Source of the DNA: Candidatus Hadarchaeales archaeon
GTDB taxonomy: Archaea > Hadarchaeota > Hadarchaeia > Hadarchaeales > Hadarchaeaceae
Direction of reading: 5' to 3'
Assembly: GCA_038851075.1 (NCBI GenBank)
Contig: JAWCLG010000002.1
Coordinates: 1 to 64,000, forward strand
Length of the DNA: 64,000 nucleotides
Below are positions 56,009 through 64,000 of this stretch, piece after piece (the first letter of the stretch is position 1; each line of letters begins with the position of its first letter). The translations under genes were made by a program, and so were the position numbers. Below the pieces are notes generated by a model, which was not told the origin of the DNA, did not search any database, and worked only from the letters and a program-made list of their open reading frames with translations.

Positions 56009-57115
56009 TCATGCTATCCTTACCATGTGTGTCTGGAAATACCCACTAATCACAGGTATGTATCCCCTCAGCTCTGAATCTAGCCCCGGATCTCCCGTAT
56101 CCACCTTAAGTACTGGTGTGAGGCTCAGTTTTTGAGGAGTGGCCAGAACTATGATGTTCTTCTTTCCAACCTTTTTGATAACCCTAGGGCTGATCTGCTG
56201 GTTCCCTCTTCCGAAGATGAATCCCTGTCTGCCAAGAGGACTCACAACAATTGCGGCAGGATTCTTCTCAATCTTCTCCATTATCTGATTTTCATTAACA
56301 TCCTTTCCAACAAGTTTATAGTCAAGTATCAAATCCACACCAAGCAGGGTAGAGTCATATATCCCAAGCTCTTCGGCGACTGCCCTTGTGGTTGTTCCCG
56401 GGCCAAGTATGTAAACCCTCCCTTTTTCCATTAACTCGACCATCCATCTTGCTATGGCCTTCTGGTCAGCTGTTTCGAACCCGGAGCTACTCTCCTTTCC
56501 AGTCTGCATCATGACCGGCTCATAGGGCACAACGGCGTATCCCTTCAGACTAACCGCCAGCTCGTCCCTCCTGTATGTATCCTCGTCTATATCCATCACC
56601 TCGGCCTCTCTGACCGGTAACCCTCGTGAAAGAAAAAGCGAGGCCACATCTCCCGCGGCGCTCGGTGTGTTCGCAAAAACCGCTGAATATATCTTCACTC
56701 CTGATGGCACTCCTAAAATTGGGACCTTGCTTCCGGCGACCTCATAAACGTCTCTCGCTGTTCCATCCCCACCTACAAACATCACAAGATCCACTCCCAT
56801 CTCGATCATCTTTTTTACCGCAAGCTTTGTGTCCTCCGCTGTGGTCTGCCCCGGCTTTATGCTGCCTATGACTGTCGGCTCACACCCGCTCTCTCTCACC
56901 ACGGTCTCACCCATTTCTCCGGGATATGTTATTACCTGAACCTGATCTCGCATCCTCGTCAGCCTCTTCATGGCTTCTAGTCCTCTTTTGTGAGAAACCG
57001 GTTCCGCACCGAGCTCAACTGCCCGTCTCAGAGCCTCTGGTCCATCAGTTCCCTTCAATCCCACGCGTCCGCCCATTCCGGCGATCGGGTTCACGACAAA
57101 CCCTATTTTCCTCAT
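56009..57115 (-). CDS. ATP-NAD kinase family protein (AcoX-like)
   Basis: VNPIAGMGGRVGLKGTDG, GGDGTARD, PSGVKIYSAVF, GRGNQQ. Confidence 0.85.
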   Translation of the reverse strand: MRKIGFVVNPIAGMGGRVGLKGTDGPEALRRAVELGAEPVSHKRGLEAMKRLTRMRDQVQVITYPGEMGETVVRESGCEPTVIGSIKPGQTTAEDTKLAVKKMIEMGVDLVMFVGGDGTARDVYEVAGSKVPILGVPSGVKIYSAVFANTPSAAGDVASLFLSRGLPVREAEVMDIDEDTYRRDELAVSLKGYAVVPYEPVMMQTGKESSSGFETADQKAIARWMVELMEKGRVYILGPGTTTRAVAEELGIYDSTLLGVDLILDYKLVGKDVNENQIMEKIEKNPAAIVVSPLGRQGFIFGRGNQQISPRVIKKVGKKNIIVLATPQKLSLTPVLKVDTGDPGLDSELRGYIPVISGYFQTHMVRIA

Positions 57116-57122
57116 CTGTCTA

Positions 57123-58637
57123 TCAACTTCCGTTTTCATCTTGCTGATGCCCTGAGAGATACATTCTCCAGCTAAGTATTGGTTCCTTCGCTGCCTTCAC
57201 CTCATCCAGCCTGCCGATTGCCGTGCACAGAGGAGCTGAACGCAGAAGCTCAGGATTTTCTCTCGCATCTTTAGCGATCTCCCGCATCACGCCGATGAAC
57301 CTGTCAAGCTCCTCCTTTGTTTCCGTTTCAGTTGGCTCCACCATAAGAGCCTCGGAAACTATTGGTGGAAAGTAATAAGTCGGCGCGTGCATGCCATAGT
57401 CAAGAATTCTCTTTGCGACGTCTCTTGCTGTTACTCCAGTCTCCCTCTTGAGCGGCTCCGCTGTAAATACCACCTCATGCTTGCATACTCCATCAAACGC
57501 CGGCTTGAATCCGTCTATCTCTGATATTTTTTTTCTGATGTAGTTTGCATTCGCAACCGCTGTTTCAGTGACCTCCTGAAGTCCCTCTCCTCCCATCATC
57601 AGAAGGTAAGTATAAGCCCTGACAAGCACGCCGAAGTTTCCATAAAATGACCTGATCTTGCCTATCGAGTCCGGCCTGTCATAGTTCAAATAATATCTAT
57701 TTTTTTCTTGATCGTACTCTATGAGAGGGACCGGCAAGAACCTCTCCAGCTTTTCGTTCACGCCCACCGGACCGGAACCGGGCCCTCCTCCGCCGTGTGG
57801 TGTGGAGAACGTCTTGTGAAGATTTAGATGGACCACATCAAAACCCATATCTCCTGGTCTGGTCCTGCCGAGAATGCCGTTCATATTTGCTCCGTCGTAG
57901 TATAGAAGACCTCCAGCCTCATGCACTATTTTTGCTATCTCATGGATCCCGTCCTCAAAGAGACCCAGCGTGTTTGGGTTTGTGAGCATGATCGCCGCGG
58001 TCTGATCGGAAACTGCAGCTCTCAGAGCATCGATATTCACCCTTCCGCGTGAGTCAGACGGAATGACTCTCACCCTGAACCCAGCCATCGCGGCGCTGGC
58101 AAAGTTTGTGCCGTGGGCCGAGTCCGGGATTATAACCTCAGTTCTGTGATCCTCCCTGTAATTGTGATATGCTCTTATTAAAAGAAGACCAAGAAGCTCC
58201 CCATGGGCCCCTGCTGCCGGATGGAGACAGACCCTCTTTACTCCGGCAATCTCCGCAAGCATTCTCTCGAGTCTGTACATGAGCTCTAAGCATCCCTGAA
58301 CTGTGCTTTCATCCTGATACGGATGAACGTTTGTGCTATCCATCCATGCCATCTCATCGCATATTTTCGGATTGTACTTCATGGTGCAGGACCCTATCGG
58401 ATAAAAAACCAGATCTATGCAATAGTTCATCTGCGAAAGTCTTGTGTAGTGCCGCACAACTTCTGGCTCTGAAAGCTCTGGAAGATTGAGCGAGGTCCTC
58501 CTCAGTTTTTCCGGTATTTCAAAATCAGATGGCCTTTTCTGCGGCAGATGGACCCCTGTTTTTTCTGCCTTGCCAAGTTCAAAGATGATCGGCTCAAGTC
58601 CTGAACCGGTTGCCCACCTTGCCTGTCTGAAGTTCAT
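57123..58637 (-). CDS. gcvPB: Glycine dehydrogenase subunit 2
   Basis: GSCTMKYNP, AGAHGE, SAHGTN, NLHKTFSTPHGGGGPG. Confidence 0.96.
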   Translation of the reverse strand: MNFRQARWATGSGLEPIIFELGKAEKTGVHLPQKRPSDFEIPEKLRRTSLNLPELSEPEVVRHYTRLSQMNYCIDLVFYPIGSCTMKYNPKICDEMAWMDSTNVHPYQDESTVQGCLELMYRLERMLAEIAGVKRVCLHPAAGAHGELLGLLLIRAYHNYREDHRTEVIIPDSAHGTNFASAAMAGFRVRVIPSDSRGRVNIDALRAAVSDQTAAIMLTNPNTLGLFEDGIHEIAKIVHEAGGLLYYDGANMNGILGRTRPGDMGFDVVHLNLHKTFSTPHGGGGPGSGPVGVNEKLERFLPVPLIEYDQEKNRYYLNYDRPDSIGKIRSFYGNFGVLVRAYTYLLMMGGEGLQEVTETAVANANYIRKKISEIDGFKPAFDGVCKHEVVFTAEPLKRETGVTARDVAKRILDYGMHAPTYYFPPIVSEALMVEPTETETKEELDRFIGVMREIAKDARENPELLRSAPLCTAIGRLDEVKAAKEPILSWRMYLSGHQQDENGS

Positions 58638-60022
58638 AATCTCTCCTCCAGAATGGCCGAAACCGAATCGATAAACTTGTTCATATCATCCTCTGTATGA
58701 AGTTCTGTTGCGCAGACAAGTGATGTCTCTCCAAGCTCAGGGAACTCTCTCTTAAGCGGTTTACCTCCATGAACTCCCCTCATCAGAAGCTCCGAATTCA
58801 TCTTTTCAATGCCGATCTCCTTTGAAACAATTTTCATTGTGAACTCATTGAAGTGCGGCGATTCGAATACGGGAGCAACAACGCCGCTTATTCTTCCAAG
58901 TCTCTTCATCAAGAATTTTGCATTGGAGGCGCAGATTTCTGCCACATCCCTGAGACCTCTAGGACCCATTGATGCGAGGTATATCGCGGCGGCTATTGCA
59001 CAAAGCGTTTCATTCGAGCATATGTTGGATGTCGCTCTCTCTCGCCTTATGTGCTGTTCCCTTGTCTGAAGCGCCATTACAAATCCTCTGGTCTTTCCAT
59101 CAACCGTGGTCGTCATTCCAGAAATTCTTCCGGGCAATGACCTTATCATCTTCTCCTCTCCCCTGCACGCGAAAAGGCCAAGCGCGGGGCCTCCAAAGCT
59201 CACCGGATTGCCAAGCGGCTGTCCCTCTCCAACAACTATGTCCGCGCCGTACTCGCCCGGTGGTTTCAGGAGTCCAAGCGAGATTGGATTGACCCCAACC
59301 ACGAACATCGCCCCAGCCTCATGCGCCATTCGCTCTATTTCGTCCACCTGAACTTCAAGGAATCCGAGATAAGCGGGGTTCTCTATGTATACTCCCGCGG
59401 TGTTTTTGTCCAGTTTTCTCTTAAGGTCTTCCAAATCCACATTCCCGGTTTTTTTATTGTGACCAACTCTGACTATCTCAAGGCCTGCCCCTGAGGAGTA
59501 ATTTTTGAGCACAGAAAGACGATCACGTGACATTATATCGGGTACCAGGAATCTTTCCCTTTCGGTAACGCGGGCGCACATCAGGGCTGCTTCTCCAAGG
59601 GCCGTTGCCCAATCATACATAGACGCATTTGCCACATCCAATCCCACAAGCTCACATATCATGCTCTGGTACTCGAAGAGAGCCTGCAGGACACCTTGGC
59701 TGACCTCCGCCTGGTAAGGTGTGTAGGAAGTTAGGAACTCTGCCCTTGAAACAAGAGCTTTAACGTGCGCGGGAACGTAGTGGGGCCAGACACCGCCGCC
59801 GAGAAAAACTGGAAATTTGGTGAAGGGGACGTTTTTTGAGAGAATCTCCGTAACATGCCTCCTAACCTCCTGCTCCGACATTCTGGGCGGAAGACTGAGC
59901 GGACGCTTTAGTCTGACCTCTTCTGGGATATCTGAAAAAAGATCTTCTACGCTGTTCACTCCTATATCGACAAGCATCTCTTCTCTAATCCTCTTGAAGC
60001 TGGGGATATAGTGGTGGCTCAT
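58634..60022 (-). CDS. gcvPA: Glycine dehydrogenase subunit 1
   Basis: YTPYQAEVSQG, NASMYD, REQHIRRERATSNIC. Confidence 0.96.
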   Translation of the reverse strand: MSHHYIPSFKRIREEMLVDIGVNSVEDLFSDIPEEVRLKRPLSLPPRMSEQEVRRHVTEILSKNVPFTKFPVFLGGGVWPHYVPAHVKALVSRAEFLTSYTPYQAEVSQGVLQALFEYQSMICELVGLDVANASMYDWATALGEAALMCARVTERERFLVPDIMSRDRLSVLKNYSSGAGLEIVRVGHNKKTGNVDLEDLKRKLDKNTAGVYIENPAYLGFLEVQVDEIERMAHEAGAMFVVGVNPISLGLLKPPGEYGADIVVGEGQPLGNPVSFGGPALGLFACRGEEKMIRSLPGRISGMTTTVDGKTRGFVMALQTREQHIRRERATSNICSNETLCAIAAAIYLASMGPRGLRDVAEICASNAKFLMKRLGRISGVVAPVFESPHFNEFTMKIVSKEIGIEKMNSELLMRGVHGGKPLKREFPELGETSLVCATELHTEDDMNKFIDSVSAILEERL

Positions 60023-60031
60023 CTTCTGCAC

Positions 60032-60457
60032 TTAGCCAGATGTTTTCAAATACTCTTTGTATTGGCTGGCGTTCATCAGATTTTTAAGCTCAACGTCAAG
60101 ATTCTTTGCGCTTATCGCGCATATCCATCCTTCATTATAAGGATCTGTGTTTATCAATTCGGGGCGTTCTTTGAGAACTCTGTTAACTTCAAGTATCGTT
60201 CCACTTACCGGGGCATATACCGCCGAAACTGCTTTAATTGACTCTAGAACCGCAATCTCCATATCCCTCCCCTTTTTTTCCTCAAGCTGTCTGACTGCCT
60301 GGCCCTCTGCCGGAAGCTCAACGTAAACTATGTCCCCCAGCTTTGACTGTGCGTAATCTGTGACCCCCACTCTCACCATGGTGCCCTCTATCTTCGCCCA
60401 CTCATGATCTCTCGTGTAATAGAGACCCTCAGGAATTTTTGTTTCAACTCTGCTCAT
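60032..60457 (-). CDS. gcvH: Glycine cleavage H protein (lipoyl carrier)
   Basis: HEWA, VGVTDYAQ..LGDIVYVELP, ESIKAVS (lipoyl-Lys), N.DPY..GW. Confidence 0.95.
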   Translation of the reverse strand: MSRVETKIPEGLYYTRDHEWAKIEGTMVRVGVTDYAQSKLGDIVYVELPAEGQAVRQLEEKKGRDMEIAVLESIKAVSAVYAPVSGTILEVNRVLKERPELINTDPYNEGWICAISAKNLDVELKNLMNASQYKEYLKTSG

Positions 60458-60478
60458 ATCTTGCACCTTTTCCACTAT

Positions 60479-61450
60479 TCAACCTGCAGTAAAAACCCTA
60501 TCCCCCATCTCTTTCTTTATTCTTTCTATCTCAACCAAGGATGGTGGTCGGGGGTAGTTGTAAATCGGCCCTCGAGGAGATTCATTGAAAAACGGCCTGT
60601 TACAATGCGGACAACCGGATGTCATGAAAGGCTTCCCCGTGCTCACTATTCCGTCTAACCTTTTCTCCTTGATCCCAAAGCTAATTATCCTTCCGCCTCT
60701 GAATTCAAAGTCCTCCACCCTCGCAAGTTCACATGAAACAAGATACCGGATCACCTGAACCCTCCGATACGTTCTTATCTCCGGCTGGGGTCTGTTTTCC
60801 AATGGTGTTCCCCTCACCGGAAAAAACGCGAAGAGCCCCGTATCTACTCCAAGGTCATGCATCTGCTGAATTGTTCTCGCAATTTCCACCTCGCTCTCTC
60901 CTAATCCGACGATAAGGTGTGTGGTCGCCTTGCCGAAAACCCTTCGTGCTTCGACTAGGGCCTCAATATGCTTCGTCCAAGTATAGTACGGCCCCTTCAT
61001 CCTTGCGAAGATGGCAGGAGCTGAACAGTCAAGTGGGATACACATCCTCTCAGCTCCAGCCTCTCTGAGGGCTTCTATCCCTTCAAGGCTCAAAGGCGGA
61101 CAGCATACTGATATCGGGGCGCCGCAAACTTCGCTCAATTCCCTGACCGTCTGGAGGAGATCAGGGAAAGAATTTTTGTAGTTAACCTGCTGAACACATA
61201 TTCTCCCGAAGTCCGATCTCGCCAGCCTTTCCACCACTTCCTCGGCCCTCCACTCCGGCCAGATCACTCTCGAGACGGTAGAGGGGTCCCCCACTGCCTC
61301 CTTCGCCTTAGGACAGAACCTGCAGTTCGACAAACATTTTCCATTTCTATCGATCATGATATGGGCGGTGGAGGGAGCCACCTCCTGCTTTCCGCCCCAG
61401 AGACCTAGGACTATTCCCGTCCCGAATGCCACTCTCAACCTTTCAACCAT
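60479..61450 (-). CDS. lipS2: Archaeal lipoyl synthase subunit LipS2
   Basis: CLSNCRFC plus C-terminal TSGCPHCNRP matching the TxGCPxC(N/D)RP motif; context. Confidence 0.85.
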   Translation of the reverse strand: MVERLRVAFGTGIVLGLWGGKQEVAPSTAHIMIDRNGKCLSNCRFCPKAKEAVGDPSTVSRVIWPEWRAEEVVERLARSDFGRICVQQVNYKNSFPDLLQTVRELSEVCGAPISVCCPPLSLEGIEALREAGAERMCIPLDCSAPAIFARMKGPYYTWTKHIEALVEARRVFGKATTHLIVGLGESEVEIARTIQQMHDLGVDTGLFAFFPVRGTPLENRPQPEIRTYRRVQVIRYLVSCELARVEDFEFRGGRIISFGIKEKRLDGIVSTGKPFMTSGCPHCNRPFFNESPRGPIYNYPRPPSLVEIERIKKEMGDRVFTAG

Positions 61451-62331
61451 CTGACCCACTCTCTTGCCCCGAGAGGCACCGAACAGCACACGTTCATCAC
61501 GCCGATCCTTATCCCCATCCCAGATGCCTGCTCAACAGTCTGTCTGCTTGGAATCTCCATCCTGTCCACCCCTGCCATTAGGGCTTCCCGCTCGTATTCC
61601 TCTCTATAAATTCCTTTGGGCCTCATGCAACCTAGAGAGATCTCTCCAGATATTAGCCCCCTTGCCCTGGCAATCACCTCTCCGACTGATTTTGGATCTG
61701 GGGGACATACATCGTGCAGAGCTGTATCCTGAGCGGGCACGAAAATCAGAAAAACGATGACCTCAGGATCTGCCTCCGCTGCTATATCTACCGCTCTTTC
61801 CCCAAGCAGCTCCCCTCCATGCGCGCCTATACATACGTGGGGGACCACATGAGGGATGTGTCTGCGAAGATCGTTCATGACCCTCATGTAGTCTTTTGGA
61901 GTCCTGTCAAGCCCTGTCATGAGTTTTATTGTCCTGCAATCTCCAAAGAGTTCAAAGTCCACCAGATCTATACCCGCCCTGCCAAGCTCCCTCGCCAGCC
62001 AGCTTGGAACAAGTCCGGTGTGCGCCGCCAAGAAAAGGTTTGTTTCCTCCTTTATCCTCTGGATGATATCAAGGTATGAATTCAGCGGCACATATCCATC
62101 TTCATTGCACCCTCCGCTTAACAGAACTCCAAATGCCCCACTGGCCTCCAGATCCAAGCACCTGTCGTATAGATTCTCAGGGGTCAAGCACGGAATCATT
62201 CCCTTCAGGTACCTGCCCCTGCATCGCGCGCACATCAGCTCACAGCTCACGCCTGTTATGGATATCGCTGGAAACCTGTCTCCTGGAAAACTGGCAATGA
62301 AATGTCGCTGCGCAGCCTGCGTTGTTCTCAC
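61435..62331 (-). CDS. lipS1: Archaeal lipoyl synthase subunit LipS1
   Basis: SITG..CELMCARC, LGCMRP and terminal CC motifs; context. Confidence 0.85.
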   Translation of the reverse strand: MRTTQAAQRHFIASFPGDRFPAISITGVSCELMCARCRGRYLKGMIPCLTPENLYDRCLDLEASGAFGVLLSGGCNEDGYVPLNSYLDIIQRIKEETNLFLAAHTGLVPSWLARELGRAGIDLVDFELFGDCRTIKLMTGLDRTPKDYMRVMNDLRRHIPHVVPHVCIGAHGGELLGERAVDIAAEADPEVIVFLIFVPAQDTALHDVCPPDPKSVGEVIARARGLISGEISLGCMRPKGIYREEYEREALMAGVDRMEIPSRQTVEQASGMGIRIGVMNVCCSVPLGAREWVRWLKG

Positions 62332-63083
62332 CTCATCGCGTTCCACTCAACGGATGCGTATTTCCTCCTCAGCTCCAGCGCAAGCCTTAACTCATCCTCC
62401 ATAATATCCCCGCGGAAAATCTCTGCCTCCATGACCTCCATGAACCCCTGAATCATGTGCTCCCTCACCTCCTTAATGTCAGGCCTTCTTTTGATCTCCC
62501 TTTCCACAGTGGTTACTCTATCGTAAACGCTCTCTATCCCCTTATCCGATATTTTTGCTCCACCGACCCTTAGTACCTCAAACATCCTCCTCACATCTGG
62601 AGAAATGAGTATAGTTCCGTGCTGCAGGACGCTCCCCCACCTCCGCGTCTGCGCGCTCCCAGAGATCTTCCTTCCTTTCACCTGGATGTCGTTTACTGGT
62701 CTGAAATCCGCCTCTACTCCCATCCTCCTGAGGCCGGACACCAGCCCCCCGCAGATGATCTCATAGGACTCTATTATGTCCCTCGGCACGTTCTCCTCAC
62801 TGCACACAAAGCTGTACGTGAGTTCACCTTCGGAATCGTGAAAGACTGCTCCACCGCCTGTGATTCTCCTAACTACCTGCATGTGGTATCTGCCAGCTGC
62901 TTCAAGGTCGACCTCTCTGGCCAAACTCTGGAAAAAACCTATGGAAACAGCGGAGGGGGTCCATGTCCAGAATCTCAGGGTGCTCGGTGACCTTCCATTG
63001 GAGTTGAGCCTGAGCAGTGCTTCATCTATGGCCATGCTCGTGAAGGCATCGTCCCTGCGCATCGGCAAAACCCTAATCCTCAT
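62328..63083 (-). CDS. lplA: Lipoate/octanoate-protein ligase catalytic subunit
   Basis: MAIDEA, RRITGGGAVFHD, NDI...GRKISGSAQ, LQHGT. Confidence 0.93.
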   Translation of the reverse strand: MRIRVLPMRRDDAFTSMAIDEALLRLNSNGRSPSTLRFWTWTPSAVSIGFFQSLAREVDLEAAGRYHMQVVRRITGGGAVFHDSEGELTYSFVCSEENVPRDIIESYEIICGGLVSGLRRMGVEADFRPVNDIQVKGRKISGSAQTRRWGSVLQHGTILISPDVRRMFEVLRVGGAKISDKGIESVYDRVTTVEREIKRRPDIKEVREHMIQGFMEVMEAEIFRGDIMEDELRLALELRRKYASVEWNAMR

Positions 63084-63366
63084 GGCTCCCAGCCGCCCTC
63101 ATCACTGCCTCAACCCAGTGTTCAACGTCAACCATAGGCGTCTTGGCTCCGGTCCTCCCGTAAAATCTCCTCACGGCCTCCCTCACGGCCTCCCTCTCCA
63201 CGGCCACGCCGATAAGTTCTCTCTCCAGCTCGAAAAGCGCCTCCTCAGGGTACATGAAGAAATCCCCGGTGATGGATACACGTGATATTCTGTTTTCCTC
63301 GATGCCCACTTCCACCCTTATCAGTCCCTTCGGGGCCTTGAAATCCGCCCGTCCCACTACTTCCAC
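63073..63366 (-). CDS. lplB: Lipoate-protein ligase accessory (C-terminal domain) subunit
   Basis: KAPKGLIRV, ITGDFFMYPEEAL..LE..L.G; start GTG 63366. Confidence 0.88.
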   Translation of the reverse strand: MEVVGRADFKAPKGLIRVEVGIEENRISRVSITGDFFMYPEEALFELERELIGVAVEREAVREAVRRFYGRTGAKTPMVDVEHWVEAVMRAAGSHED

Positions 63367-64000
63367 CTCGTGAGTATTTCCTCCCTTCTGAAGGTCACCT
63401 TGCTCAGGAAAAAGAGCCCAGCATCCGCTAGCCCCAGCGCCGCCGCAAAGAGTCCGAGCGAGAGCGGGTTGAGGGAAATCGAACCAATCATGTACATCAT
63501 GTAGAATGCGATGAACGGCAAAATCGGGATGGAGCCGATCTGCATTGCCGCCCTGACATCGCTCACCTTGGACGAAACGAAAACGCAGAACGAAACTGAA
63601 AGGAGGGCCATCAGCGGGCAGTAGACGCAAAGCACAGCTATGGAGAGGAGATTGGGCAGAAGCAGGTGCCCCAACGCCTGAAACGTGAGCACATCCACCA
63701 CGACTGTGAGGCAGACGAAGGAGAAAACCGTGGCGAGCATTGCCGGAATGAAGGCACCCAGCATCTTCCCGGCGAGAATTTCCAAATCCGTGGCTGGGGT
63801 CGCCAGGAGCGGCTCCAGCTGCCTGTTGACCTTCTCCCCCACGAAGGTGTAGGATGCTATAACTGAAGGCACCATGACCGGGATGACCATGAAAAGCAGG
63901 AGAGTCATGTTGACCATTGCCATTACCATTGCCTCTCTGTACGGAACACCTGCTGGGGCAAACGGCGGGAGCTCTTCACTGAGTGGCAACTCCATGTTCA
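63357..64000 (-). CDS. ABC-2 type transporter permease (5'-truncated)
   Basis: SYTFVGEK..RQLEPLLATP...EILAGK, FRREEIL. Confidence 0.88.
   Translation of the reverse strand, partial: NMELPLSEELPPFAPAGVPYREAMVMAMVNMTLLLFMVIPVMVPSVIASYTFVGEKVNRQLEPLLATPATDLEILAGKMLGAFIPAMLATVFSFVCLTVVVDVLTFQALGHLLLPNLLSIAVLCVYCPLMALLSVSFCVFVSSKVSDVRAAMQIGSIPILPFIAFYMMYMIGSISLNPLSLGLFAAALGLADAGLFFLSKVTFRREEILTRWK

Noticed and set aside
63168-63206. Short tandem repeat cctcacggcctc
   Set aside because: Encodes EAVREAVR within LplB; a coding helix repeat, not CRISPR
1-64000. CRISPR arrays, transposases, viral or defence genes
   Set aside because: None recognised; nearly all sequence is accounted for by housekeeping or metabolic genes

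Overview
Gene-dense, mostly core-genome archaeal window. Archaeal markers include Rpo4/Rpo6, eL21, uL16, SRP54, thermosome, FEN1, Orc1/Cdc6, archaeal DnaG, CarS and FBP aldolase/phosphatase. A Hadarchaeota-like anaerobe is a guess only. Content: hypF (5'-truncated); a large purine/folate cluster (purQ-L-S-M, 5-formyl-THF cyclo-ligase, folD, purB, purE, purD, purN); ppdK-fbp; a glycosyltransferase/B12-radical-SAM cluster; tetraether-lipid genes (tes, carS, grs-like); repair genes; tRNA-Pro(CGG); and a lplB-lplA-lipS1-lipS2-gcvH-gcvPA-gcvPB operon. I saw no CRISPR array, transposase or provirus. The most notable observations are: (1) a TrkH K+ channel with a ~185-aa lamin-tail-like domain inserted right after its first pore loop; (2) an unannotated, collapsed purF pseudogene inside an otherwise intact purine cluster; (3) a candidate glycolipid head-group tailoring locus built around a B12 radical SAM enzyme; (4) a Hef-type helicase with winged-helix + S1/OB-like domains in place of the nuclease; (5) an rpoK reading frame with no canonical start, in frame with the thermosome stop codon. 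All family calls come from motif recognition by eye, with no database searches.
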